A DNA stretch of 64,000 nucleotides from Candidatus Bathyarchaeota archaeon (GCA_963717465.1 OY970340.1:864001-928000); one strand, 5' to 3'; numbered from the stretch's first letter, positions 52,501 to 62,354 are shown. Made by a program: numbers and translations. Notes: a model not told the origin generated them from the letters alone.

Positions 52501-52830
52501 TTATTTCCGTTTGCAGGGACCGGGAGGCAGGTTGATATAAAATGGAAAATCAAAAAAATAAATCAAAACGTTGGCTTTACGAGCCTGAGCGAAGCGAAGT
52601 CCTGAAGCGTAGCGGAAGGACAAAGGTCGCCGGTTCAAGTCCGGCTCGGCCCACTTTTCATTATTTTTGATTTCCAATTTACCGATATTTTGCGGAGACA
52701 TCAGTGAATTACCATTCAATAAGTGTTTTAAGTGGTTTTCAAACGTTTTACTCAAATTAAATCCTAATTCTTTTGATTTTTCGACTAATTCTTTGTCTAA
52801 GTATAATACGACATTGCCCTTAGCTGGCAT
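52501..52830 (-). CDS. CcdA/RHH-like small protein reading antisense through attR
   Basis: NVVLYLDKELVEKSKELGFNLSKTFE. Confidence 0.6.
   Translation of the reverse strand: MPAKGNVVLYLDKELVEKSKELGFNLSKTFENHLKHLLNGNSLMSPQNIGKLEIKNNEKWAEPDLNRRPLSFRYASGLRFAQARKANVLIYFFDFPFYINLPPGPCKRK
52542..52670 (+). CDS. Int(N) fragment of the split integrase
   Basis: MENQKNKSKRWLYEP[12 aa]KVAGSSPARPTF is in frame with Int(C) through att; SD-like GGGAGG. Confidence 0.75.
   Translation: MENQKNKSKRWLYEPERSEVLKRSGRTKVAGSSPARPTFHYF
52568..52658 (+). repeat. attR: tRNA-Val 3' fragment with a 36-nt insertion (52585-52620)
   Basis: 17-bp and 38-bp identity to the tRNA copy either side of the insert. Confidence 0.92.
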
Positions 52831-53195
52831 TTGCATTCGCATCCGAGGGCATGCGAAGAGAAGTTGTATGTTATATGTTTGTTCATTACTTTAGAGATTG
52901 ATCAATAGAGATGAGGGCACCCTATACTAGAAATTTATTATTATCTATTGATTATTTGGCGAGTAAAGTCGTGTACGCTATAAAAACATGTTTCCTTGCA
53001 ACACAAGAGTTCCGTAATCTGCATAGTCCTTTCCCGCAATCAATCAATTTTATAACTCTAAAATCTACATGTCCATTAGTTTGTAGTAAAACTAAAAAGA
53101 GTTAAGAACAATAACAATCAATTATGCAAGCTCGTTGTGGAACCTTAAACGCGCTCGGTCATTAAGCAAAAATAATAATTAACGGTAAAAGAAAA

Positions 53196-53540
53196 ATGGG
53201 AGAAAAAGGAGAAAACCGCCTAAAAAAATTCAACCGACTGCTTATGTGGCCAACGTTGGTCCTTTTCATATTTTTGGTAATTTCTGGATATGGAATCTCT
53301 AATCCAACATTGGTCAATGAACTGACCGGAGGCTTGTTTACTCGCGCCTTTTCATTTCAGCTACACATGACTTTGGTTCTGCCTACTTTGACTTTGCTCA
53401 CAATTCACGTTCTGATTGCAATCAGGGCGTCCCTGATTCGTTGGGGCATAAGAGAAGGCAAACTTCTAGATGCTTTTCTGATTCTTCTAGGAGCCTTCGC
53501 TCTGACCCTGATCGCACTTATGCAGTACCTCATAATGTAG
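53196..53540 (+). CDS. 3-TM membrane protein, possible cytochrome b-like partner
   Basis: two His 14 residues apart in one TM helix. Confidence 0.65.
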   Translation: MGEKGENRLKKFNRLLMWPTLVLFIFLVISGYGISNPTLVNELTGGLFTRAFSFQLHMTLVLPTLTLLTIHVLIAIRASLIRWGIREGKLLDAFLILLGAFALTLIALMQYLIM

Positions 53541-53552
53541 AGAGTTGAAAAG

Positions 53553-54836
53553 ATGCCCAAAACCCAAAGAATAGCTTCCCTGACCTTAGCGATAGTCATT
53601 GCTCTAGTCATCTGTCTGCCAACGCTGAAAACAACCGCTGCTCAAGAATCTGGCATGATAGAAATAACTGGGGATGTGAGCACGCCGTTAAACTTGACCT
53701 ATGCTGAACTGCTTTCTATGCCGATGGTTTCAGAGGTAGCTGAGCTGAAATGCGTCACAGGTTCTCCAGACGTTACTTACAACTGGACTGGAATACCACT
53801 CTTCTATCTTCTGACTTTAGCTCAAATCAAACCCGACGCCTACAAGATAGTAACAATATGTTCAGACGGCTACACTTCAGACCTGCTCGTAGGAGACGCT
53901 TTGCAGCCCACGACAATTCTGGCTCTAAAAGCAAACGGAGTAAGCCTACCGCAACTGACTTACGGTCCTGAAGGTCCTAATAGACTGGTTGTCCCGGGCA
54001 AGTATGGTTATAAATGGTCTAGTGGGATTGTAGAAATAGAAGTTGTCACGACTGATTACAAGGGAGAATATGAAAGTTCAGGTTACAGTGACGATGCCAA
54101 CGTGCCTAACTATGGACCAATGCCGACGCCAACTCCTCCTTTACAGACGCTGGATCTAACCTACGGAAACAGGACCTTCGAAGTTGGGGCGTTCACAAAC
54201 GTTTCGATAGCGGCCTCTTCATTTGATGGTTCCTTGAAAACATTGAATGTGAATGTTACTGTTCCGGAAGGAACGTCGGGTTTCACCGACTTGATAATGC
54301 AACAAGACTTTCTAAGTAGACCATACAGCGTCACCTTGGATGGAAAGGCAGTGAGCACGGTTGAAGCTGATACCAACTCAACCTCGTACATATACTTGGC
54401 TCTTACGGATGGCTTTCACACGGTGAACATAGTAGGCGCAGAGTTTGTTCAAATCCCAGAGGTTATCGTAAACTATCCTTCAACGGTCAATGTTGGACAA
54501 GACGTGACTTTTGACGCGAGCAAGTCAGCTGACGTTGGATTTATAGTTTCGTATGATTGGAGTTTTGGCGATGGAACAAATGGAAATGGACCAGTTGTAT
54601 CACATGTGTATGGCAAAGTAGGAACATACCAGGTGACGCTCAATGAGACTAACAATGTAGGTGCGAGTAGTTTGAAAACGTTCACGATAACAGTTGTAAA
54701 TTCGCTGGATATCCTTCTTGTCGTAAAGATGCTTTTAGTGGCGATGCTGGTCGGGCTTGTTTTGATTTTTGGATTTCTTTTAAGAAAGAGGAGAATAACG
54801 CATCCGCCAAGCAACGGAAATTCAGGTGCTGATTAG
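53553..54836 (+). CDS. secreted molybdopterin oxidoreductase (sulfite oxidase/MsrP-like) + PKD + C-terminal TM anchor
   Basis: LKCV, WTG.PL, DGY, RLVVPGKYGYKW; WSFGDG. Confidence 0.85.
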   Translation: MPKTQRIASLTLAIVIALVICLPTLKTTAAQESGMIEITGDVSTPLNLTYAELLSMPMVSEVAELKCVTGSPDVTYNWTGIPLFYLLTLAQIKPDAYKIVTICSDGYTSDLLVGDALQPTTILALKANGVSLPQLTYGPEGPNRLVVPGKYGYKWSSGIVEIEVVTTDYKGEYESSGYSDDANVPNYGPMPTPTPPLQTLDLTYGNRTFEVGAFTNVSIAASSFDGSLKTLNVNVTVPEGTSGFTDLIMQQDFLSRPYSVTLDGKAVSTVEADTNSTSYIYLALTDGFHTVNIVGAEFVQIPEVIVNYPSTVNVGQDVTFDASKSADVGFIVSYDWSFGDGTNGNGPVVSHVYGKVGTYQVTLNETNNVGASSLKTFTITVVNSLDILLVVKMLLVAMLVGLVLIFGFLLRKRRITHPPSNGNSGAD

Positions 54837-55073
54837 CTTACTTATTAAACGTACGAGTGTAATTATTTTTTAATGCTCGCACTATTGTCTAACTGTATCA
54901 CCTGCTATTACAAGCAGTACCAGCGCAGTAATTTTTTAATATTAAAATTTAATGCTTAATCCTTTAAGAATAACTCAATGGGTAATGACTAACTAATAAA
55001 AGAGAACTTTTTAAGTTAATTTTACACTCATTTCCTAATTTATTAATTCACCATTTTTGTGATTTTACCTGAA

Positions 55074-55195
55074 TTTTCTAAATTTCTAATTTCTAAATCG
55101 GTAAAGAAATAAAAAATTTAGAAGGCTCTTATCCCTTTGTGGGAAGGCAATTAATTTTCTAAAAAATATTTAATTTTATAAATTATAAATAGAAA
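55074..55195. repeat. AT-rich ~100-120 bp element, copy A
   Basis: shares TTCTAAATCGG..AGAAATAAAAA, AATTAATTT, ATAAATTATAAATAGAAA with 58041-58139. Confidence 0.6.
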
Positions 55196-55404
55196 AAAAA
55201 TGGCAATACGTAATGATTTACTGTACATTCATTTCTTAACTCTCCAAAAAGCAAAAAAACTGAAATAGCTTGAATTTACCAACTTTCAATATTGTTGCTT
55301 TCTGCCTACTTACCCTTTATTCTGTTGGTTCAGAAGGAAAAAGCAAAAAAAAGAGCTGATTTAACGAAAAAATAGGGGAGCGTTGTGGTTCCGGTCTGTT
55401 CATT

Positions 55405-56223
55405 CTACTCTGTTTGTATTTTTCGCATGTAGGCGGCTACAGTGAGAGGCATGAATATAGCCGCAACTACCGCTATCCCAATGAGTGATAGCCAGAAGTC
55501 ATTACCGAAGGTGCCATGATTGAAAAGTTGCCGAATAGCATCAACAAGATAGGTTACTGGATTCAAATTGACAAATGTTTGCAGCCAGTTGGGCAGTGTG
55601 TTGGTAGGTACAAAGGCATTGGATAGGAAAGTAAGCGGAAATAATATGGCCATGGAGATTCCCTGTACAGTGGTTGCTGAATTAGCGATGACTCCCATAA
55701 AAGCAAATATCCAGCTGATACACCATGCAGCCAGAATAACGAGAAGGCAGCCAGCAACAGCGCCTCCAACACTAGCGCATCGGAAACCAAGGATGCAACC
55801 CATGCCGAATGTCAGAGAGGTGGCGATGCTGTAGCGTAGCAAATCGGCTATCGCTGCCCCAGTTATGGGAGTTTCGTGTGAGATTGGAAGGGATTTGAAA
55901 CGATTGAACACGCCCTTAACCATGTCCTCGCTGAGTTGAACACCCATAGGCATGGTAGCAGTTAACGCAGTCTGAACCATAATACCTGGAATAATTATTG
56001 GTAGATAACCATTGATGTTGCCAGAGATCGCGCCTCCAAAGAGATAGGTAAACAAAAGCGTGAATAAAATAGGTTGTACGATAACGTCAAAAAGTTGTTC
56101 TGGGTTTCGGCGAATCAGAAGTAGATGACGATACGCCATGGTTAATGAGTTCCGGATAGTCATAGGAATGCTTGTGCGGTTCTTTAGTTTGCGTTCAACG
56201 CCTGGAACAATTTTTGTTGTCAT
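55405..56223 (-). CDS. ABC-2 permease (DrrB-like)
   Basis: QPILFTLLF, FLSNAFVP, NPVT. Confidence 0.92.
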   Translation of the reverse strand: MTTKIVPGVERKLKNRTSIPMTIRNSLTMAYRHLLLIRRNPEQLFDVIVQPILFTLLFTYLFGGAISGNINGYLPIIIPGIMVQTALTATMPMGVQLSEDMVKGVFNRFKSLPISHETPITGAAIADLLRYSIATSLTFGMGCILGFRCASVGGAVAGCLLVILAAWCISWIFAFMGVIANSATTVQGISMAILFPLTFLSNAFVPTNTLPNWLQTFVNLNPVTYLVDAIRQLFNHGTFGNDFWLSLIGIAVVAAIFMPLTVAAYMRKIQTE

Positions 56224-57257
56224 TGTTTGTTTGCTCCTTTTTGTGCTTGCTTGTTTTCACGTTCGTGTTTGCTTTCACCGGTGAGAGTCAGGAAAACTTC
56301 GTCTAGAGTTGGTTCTTGCACGTTCACTCTAGAAAGGCGAATACTTTCTTCGCGCAGAGCGAGGAGTAAATCGGTTACTCGTTCAGGATCTGCCATGGGA
56401 GCGGTAATGAGTGTGGGCTCGTTTGACGATGCTTTTGCGTTGAGTACTGTTTGAACGATGCTTATTGCCTTGGCGTTATCTTTCTCATTATCGAGTCGCA
56501 GATGCAACGTTGCACTTCCAATTTTCGCTTTTAACTCGTTAGGTGTACCTTCAGCCACAACATGTCCATGATCGATAACGACGATTCGGTCAGCAAGTTG
56601 GTCGGCTTCATCGAGATACTGAGTGGTCAAAAGAATCGTTGACCCTGACGAAACAAGTTGTCTAATAATCTTCCACATCTGATTTCTCGTTCGTGGATCA
56701 AGCCCGGTTGTAGGCTCATCCAGAAAAATGAGCGGTGATTGCACAATGATGCTTGCCGCGAAATCAAGCTTGTGCCTCATACCTCCTGAGAATTTCTCGA
56801 CTGGCCGGTTGGCAGCCTCGGTTAACCCGAATTCTTCCAGTAACTCTGCGGTTCTCTTGCGTGCTTCAGTTCTGCTTAATCCAAGTAACATTCCAAAAAT
56901 GTTCAAGTTCTCGGCTGCGGATAGTTTCTCATCAAGAGCGGCATCTTGATCAGTTACACTGATGAGCTGTCGGACGATTTGCGCTTCATGCTGTATGTCG
57001 TGGCCAAATATTTTAGCAGTACCTTCATTAGGCTTTAGTAGGGTCGCAAGCATATTGATGGTTGTTGTCTTACCGGCACCGTTTGGTCCAAGTAAACCAT
57101 ATATGCAGCCTGTCGGTATGGCTAAATCCACGCCATCAACTGCTCGATTATCGCCAAATATCTTTACGAGTCCTTTAGCTTCCACGGCTAGTGTGTCTTG
57201 ATCTGTTTTAGACGAATTCGTCGGGGTTTTAACCTGAATTTCTGATTGTTTAGACAT
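56220..57257 (-). CDS. ABC ATP-binding protein (DrrA-like)
   Basis: GPNGAGKT, FSGGM, LDEPTTGLDP. Confidence 0.95.
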   Translation of the reverse strand: MSKQSEIQVKTPTNSSKTDQDTLAVEAKGLVKIFGDNRAVDGVDLAIPTGCIYGLLGPNGAGKTTTINMLATLLKPNEGTAKIFGHDIQHEAQIVRQLISVTDQDAALDEKLSAAENLNIFGMLLGLSRTEARKRTAELLEEFGLTEAANRPVEKFSGGMRHKLDFAASIIVQSPLIFLDEPTTGLDPRTRNQMWKIIRQLVSSGSTILLTTQYLDEADQLADRIVVIDHGHVVAEGTPNELKAKIGSATLHLRLDNEKDNAKAISIVQTVLNAKASSNEPTLITAPMADPERVTDLLLALREESIRLSRVNVQEPTLDEVFLTLTGESKHERENKQAQKGANKQ

Positions 57258-57279
57258 TTTTTAACTTCCTTTTTTTATC

Positions 57280-57867
57280 TTAGCCTTTAGAGTCTTGCAT
57301 TTTTTTGTTTATATTTTCAAGCTTTGTTATGGTCTCATTTAAAATCGTCAAGCTTTCGCTTTCTACTTGCTGAGAGTAATTTTGTCGTAGTTCCCCGATT
57401 AGCTGTACGGCTACATGCTGGAGCCTAATCATAGCGTGTACGAGTTCACTTCTCTCATGAGGTATTCCTCTCTGAAATTCTTCTAAGGGTGCCCTTTGAA
57501 AGAAACCCATGTGTTCCCTAACTCTGCCCATATGTTCCTTTACTTTCTGCTGATCTTTTTCAAGCAAAAGTCGTCCGTTTTCGGTTATTTGATAACGTTT
57601 TACGCCGTTTTCTTCAGGCAGTTCTTTGATGTATGTGCTGTCTTTTAGAAATGCGAGTAGCGGGTAGATTGAGCCGGGACTGGGTTTCCAAGCTCCACCT
57701 GTATGTTTTTGGATTTCATTCATGAGCTCCGAGCCTGACATTGGCTTTTCAGTTAAGGCTTCCAATACATGGTAACGTAGAAAACCCTTTGGCACCATGT
57801 CGATTCGATGAAGCCAATGGTGCAAATGCTTTGCATGATGATTGTGTTGAGTGTGTTCATCAAACAT
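57280..57867 (-). CDS. PadR-family regulator with His-rich N-terminus
   Basis: WKPSPGSIYPLL, YQITENG. Confidence 0.9.
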   Translation of the reverse strand: MFDEHTQHNHHAKHLHHWLHRIDMVPKGFLRYHVLEALTEKPMSGSELMNEIQKHTGGAWKPSPGSIYPLLAFLKDSTYIKELPEENGVKRYQITENGRLLLEKDQQKVKEHMGRVREHMGFFQRAPLEEFQRGIPHERSELVHAMIRLQHVAVQLIGELRQNYSQQVESESLTILNETITKLENINKKMQDSKG

Positions 57868-57905
57868 ATCGATTCCGATATCGCATAAGATATCGCATGA
57901 GATAT
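57866..57905. promoter_or_regulatory. three overlapping ATATCG-N4-(C/A)GATAT palindromes; PadR operator candidate
   Basis: 12-bp periodicity at 57866, 57878, 57890, between TATA and start. Confidence 0.7.
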
Positions 57906-58040
57906 TTAAGTCTAGCTGTTGAGATAGTTTTCCGTAAAGCGCATATTTATCAACCTACTATTAGTTTAAGAAAAGTGCATCTGACACTGCATTCATTTCT
58001 TTATTTGTTCGTTTACTAAGAAATAAGCCAAAATTTCTTT

Positions 58041-58139
58041 TTTTCTAAATTCTAAATCGGGTAAGAAATAAAAATTAATTAAGCCATATTGTCACATTGT
58101 GATAATGGAAAATTAATTTCTATAAATTATAAATAGAAA
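58041..58139. repeat. AT-rich ~100 bp element, copy B
   Basis: see copy A; central hairpin CCATATTGTCAC/GTGATAATGG. Confidence 0.6.
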
Positions 58140-58310
58140 TCTCGAGCCGGCAATAAGCCAAAAGAATCATCGAGTTTGCGCCACTATAGTCATTTCTGTG
58201 CTTTTTTGTGATAAAATTCGGTTTATTGCTCTGCAACCAGGTTAACGCTAATCTGATTGAAAAAGCTTTTATCCACAGACGTACAAGGCAATTTATTGAG
58301 GAAAAATCAA

Positions 58311-58991
58311 ATGAGTAGCAATGTCGAATCAAGTAAGACCTTAGCTGGTGTCGGTTCAATATTACTGATACTCAGCATGGTTCCTTATGCAGGTGCAGTA
58401 TTAAGCATCATCGGTGCAATACTATTGCTCATAGGAATTAAGGGGCTCGCAAGTTACTATCAAGACAACGAAATCTACGAAAACACCTTGATGGGCATTA
58501 TATTTTTAATAATCGCTGTAATAGTTGAGGCAATTCTCGTTTTCGGAGCAGTAATTAGCTTTGCAAGTCTAGCCGGCATTGGATTAGGACTAATAGAAAT
58601 AGTATTAGGTTTAATTCTAGCGTTCATCTTTTACCTACTTTCAGCAATGCGTTTGAAAAAAACTTTTAATATGCTTTCGCAGAAATCAGGAGAAAATTCA
58701 TTTGCGACCGCCGGAACTTTAATTTGGTGGGGAGCTATACTGACAATAATTTTCGTAGGCTTTATTCTAATATTTATCGCTTGGATATTTGCAACAATAG
58801 CCTTCTTCTCTATGAAACTTCAACCACCTCAGCAACCATTCGCTTCACAACCACCTGGCTACACTCCGCCTTCTGTGCCACCAGTAACACAACAAACGCA
58901 AACCTCACGATATTGCCCAAACTGTGGTGCCCCCCTTGGACCTGATGCAACTTTTTGTACAAACTGTGGAAAACAATTGCCAACAAAATAA
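58311..58991 (+). CDS. DUF996 membrane protein with zinc ribbon
   Basis: 4 TM, FATAGTL, CPNCG..CTNCG. Confidence 0.85.
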   Translation: MSSNVESSKTLAGVGSILLILSMVPYAGAVLSIIGAILLLIGIKGLASYYQDNEIYENTLMGIIFLIIAVIVEAILVFGAVISFASLAGIGLGLIEIVLGLILAFIFYLLSAMRLKKTFNMLSQKSGENSFATAGTLIWWGAILTIIFVGFILIFIAWIFATIAFFSMKLQPPQQPFASQPPGYTPPSVPPVTQQTQTSRYCPNCGAPLGPDATFCTNCGKQLPTK

Positions 58992-59132
58992 AATCCAATT
59001 TTTTTTTCTATGCGCGTTTAATCTTACATTCATTTCATAATCTGTTGATTTACCATTTTTCCAATTTTACATCGAATTTTCTAAACGTTTTTTCGTTTGC
59101 CTTAAATAGGAAGGAGACTTACACACAAGAAT

Positions 59133-59717
59133 ATGACAATTGAAGAAACGTTATCTGTATTACGTAGAGTTTTGTTGAATCAATTGTTTAGGTATTATGT
59201 GAATGAAAATGGGTTTCAAAAAGAACCAGCAGATGGCAAGCTATTTGTTTATGAGGAATTAGATCTAAATGCTGTTTACGATCTTAAAAAAGCGTTTACT
59301 GATGATGCTTTATTAAAAGTTGACCGATTTGAACAGCCTCCAACACTGATCGGCTATATTAAGAAGAATTCAGAATTTGCTGGCCTCATCGTTAACGTAG
59401 ATTATGGAGAATTGTTGCTTCAGACAATTAAAAGAACTAACAAATTAAAGTTACTTTCAAAGGCAAAATTTGCTTTCGCGATAACAACCGAAGAAGTGAC
59501 CACTAAATTGTTAAAGACGCTCAAGAAAAACCAGCAATTGTACGAAAACATCGTTATTGCTACTTACATTAAACCTAACCTGTTCTATGGTCTTGGATTA
59601 ACATACGGAGATTTAATAATCAACCCAATGTTCAAAAAAACTACTCCAAAATGTCTAACACCTTTAGTCCATGATACTAAAGAAAAAAGAAACAAATCCA
59701 AAACCAAAAAAAATTAA
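59133..59717 (+). CDS. hypothetical protein
   Basis: 194-aa ORF. Confidence 0.65.
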   Translation: MTIEETLSVLRRVLLNQLFRYYVNENGFQKEPADGKLFVYEELDLNAVYDLKKAFTDDALLKVDRFEQPPTLIGYIKKNSEFAGLIVNVDYGELLLQTIKRTNKLKLLSKAKFAFAITTEEVTTKLLKTLKKNQQLYENIVIATYIKPNLFYGLGLTYGDLIINPMFKKTTPKCLTPLVHDTKEKRNKSKTKKN

Positions 59718-59819
59718 TCACCATTCAGACGGCACTTTCGTGCTTCTTTTTCGTGTACGCGCAAATACACTTTTTGGGTTTAAGTCCATTCGTTAATAGA
59801 AGAATTTGAACTCAAAGAG

Positions 59820-59893
59820 GCGGCCGAGCAGGATTTGAACCAGCGACCTTTCGACTATCAGTCGAACGCTCCAGCCGTATTGAGTACCGACTC
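59820..59893 (-). pseudogene. degenerate tRNA-Ile(GAT)-like sequence
   Basis: TTCGA-CTGATAG-TCGAA arm and GGTTCAAATCC; mismatches in acceptor and T stems, 1-nt loss in D stem. Confidence 0.65.
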
Positions 59894-60240
59894 TCCATCT
59901 CTCTAACTCTAAATGGAACTCCATAATGGCTATATGTTTCAGCAAATTCTAACACCTAAGGCTGCCAAGTGTGCTGTGAGTTAAAGTCATTATGGGCTGA
60001 AGCCTTCAGAACACCCAAATTTAGCACATAAAACCTTAACTAATGCACTTAAAACCTTAACATTTTCCCTCCTGTTAATGCCGTCTCCTTCAAGCTTTAA
60101 CGAAAATAAGCGCAATTCAAGGGTATCTCTCTCCGCGGAAATCAACTTTTTTAAGATTTACTTAACTTTTTGCAAATTTTACTACTGGCGACTTAGATTA
60201 CACCATTCTTAAACTTAACAAAACCAATTTAGATATAATT

Positions 60241-60367
60241 TGGGGATGAGGGGCTTTCACTGGTGCCCGTCCACACCACCCGCTTAATTTCTGATTTGGC
60301 GCTCCCGACCTTGGGATACATAAAAGGGGATTTACGTGTGCATAGCAGGCATCCTAAGTGAAAGCCT
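60241..60367 (+). ncRNA. candidate structured RNA
   Basis: GGCTTTCACT/AGTGAAAGCC, GGTGCC/GGCATC, CACAC/GTGTG, TCCC/GGGA; GC-rich within AT-rich spacer. Confidence 0.45.
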
Positions 60368-60669
60368 AAAAAATACTGCTCTCTTGCTACTAAAAAAGTA
60401 TTGTCCAAAGCCGCACAGACGCACAAATATACTTTGTTCGGCGCGTCTACATTTCCACACAATTTTTATTTTGAGCAATCCACCTTAAAGTATTCTTAAC
60501 CGTTTGAATTCAAAACCAAATATGTTCGGGTCACCTCCGCCAGTTTAGGCTTTGATACATCAGGAATACTTTTCGCAGGGGAACCAGGCTAATTCTGATA
60601 TACATCGCAATCTGATGTATTGCGCTTTTAGCAAGAAACTACTTAAATAAAAAAATAAAAGAAACTTTA

Positions 60670-61110
60670 ATGCAAATACTACGAAAAAAAGTAAAGGACT
60701 TTTCTAGTTCAAGTCCAACCACAGCGGCGCCATCAGCAGAAGAAACCCTGCAGCAACCTTCACAAGCACCAACCAGTGAGCCAGCATTAGAAACAACTGC
60801 ACTTCAGCAAGCCCTAAAAGACCAAATACTAACTCAATTAAATCAAATCTCAGAAACTTCAAGCAGAATCAAGGTCTTAGAGGCACAACTTGAATCAGAG
60901 AAAGAAAACTTATCCAAAGACCTAATCACCTTAAGACAAACATTTGCAGAACAACAAAAAGAAGTAAAAAGCTACTTCTGCAATGTAACTGCAGAAATTA
61001 AGAAACTAGACGCTGTCCTAACCGACAAAGAAATAATGAATAACAAAAATGAACAAAACCGTCCCAATAGGCGTTCACGTAACTCGCGCTCACGCAAAGG
61101 GAAGTCCTGA
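60670..61110 (+). CDS. coiled-coil hypothetical protein
   Basis: 146-aa ORF. Confidence 0.65.
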   Translation: MQILRKKVKDFSSSSPTTAAPSAEETLQQPSQAPTSEPALETTALQQALKDQILTQLNQISETSSRIKVLEAQLESEKENLSKDLITLRQTFAEQQKEVKSYFCNVTAEIKKLDAVLTDKEIMNNKNEQNRPNRRSRNSRSRKGKS

Positions 61111-61353
61111 GTTATAATTTATAATTTTAGCTGCAGATTATCAGAAATAGCGCTCCCCTTCAACTATTCTTCAATCATAACGCATCTAAACAATGGCAGA
61201 TGCCTTTCGCCCAACCTGTTTCTGACGATCATGAGCAATGGGAACTTAAGATGCTTGCCCATTGAATAAACTATTTACACCAGTTTGTACAGATTCAATC
61301 GCAAAGCTTATTATAGATTGTTTGCGAAAACAAAAGAGTACAGGGATATTAAA

Positions 61354-62148
61354 TTGTCGTTTGAATCTGGAAAAAAGCTCGGCCTAATAAGCAGTATTAT
61401 AAACGTTATAGCGCCTGTTATAAGTATTACACTTGGTATCCTCTGGGCTTTTATTCAAATCAGCAACATCTACCAAGATAGTTTAACCGTTACTCCTAAT
61501 CCAACTAGCCAAATATTCCTAAATGAAGGAGCCCTAACAGCACTAATAGTGCTAACAGTAGTTATTATGGCAATTTACATTATCAGTAACGCACTGTTCT
61601 TTTTGTCCTCAAACCATCTTGCAAAATATTATGGATATCCATCAATTGCCGGAAACGTCCGCAAAGGCTTCATCATCTACATAATAAGCTATGTAGTTAG
61701 CGCCTTGTCTTCTTTTGTAACGATTACCTTGCTATCGCAAGGGATAATCGATTCTGTATCATTTATTTTCACGATCGTAAACTGGGTGCTGTCTTCATTT
61801 GCAGCTTACTTTTACTGGCAAACATTCAACAACTTAAGTGGCTGTTCAAACGAAGGCAAATTCAAAACCGCCGGCTTATTATTGTTCATCGGGAGCTTAA
61901 CCACAATAATTGTCATCGGCGGCTTGATCGTCTGGATAGCATGGATCGTTGCAGCATCCGCCTTTAACGCATTGACTCCACGGCAAAAGCAACAAGAATT
62001 TAATCCGTATAGCCCACAAATACCCGGGGTGCCGCCAAATCTTTATGAAACTAACTATTGCACGAACTGCGGAGCGCCAGTTAACAAGTCAATGGCATTT
62101 TGCCCAAACTGCGGCAAAACAATACAAAGTCAACAAGATCAAAAATGA
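61354..62148 (+). CDS. DUF996-like membrane protein with zinc ribbon
   Basis: FKTAGLLLFIG, CTNCG..CPNCG; TTG start preferred. Confidence 0.8.
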   Translation: MSFESGKKLGLISSIINVIAPVISITLGILWAFIQISNIYQDSLTVTPNPTSQIFLNEGALTALIVLTVVIMAIYIISNALFFLSSNHLAKYYGYPSIAGNVRKGFIIYIISYVVSALSSFVTITLLSQGIIDSVSFIFTIVNWVLSSFAAYFYWQTFNNLSGCSNEGKFKTAGLLLFIGSLTTIIVIGGLIVWIAWIVAASAFNALTPRQKQQEFNPYSPQIPGVPPNLYETNYCTNCGAPVNKSMAFCPNCGKTIQSQQDQK

Positions 62149-62354
62149 AAATGAAATTAGTGTTCTCAAGAAAAATGAGTGCCTAATTGGGTTCAGGCTA
62201 ACTTTACAGGAAGCAAGATAAACTTGAAACATTGCATATCCGTGATGTTTTCTTTCGGCTGTAATCCCTCTTGTTATCTCTATGTGTGATGCTTGCCTGT
62301 TAAATTATGAATCGACAAGAAAACATAAGCTGCGTCATTTGAGAAAATGTGTTT

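Larger units (their letters stand above)
45839..52658 (+). mobile_element. ~6.8-kb integrative element in tRNA-Val with SSV-type split integrase
   Basis: direct repeat of tRNA 3' part at 45839-45893 and 52568-52658; integrase frame crosses att. Confidence 0.9.

Noticed and set aside
60229..60462. 77-aa minus-strand ORF
   Set aside because: No recognisable motifs or SD; overlaps the structured RNA candidate.
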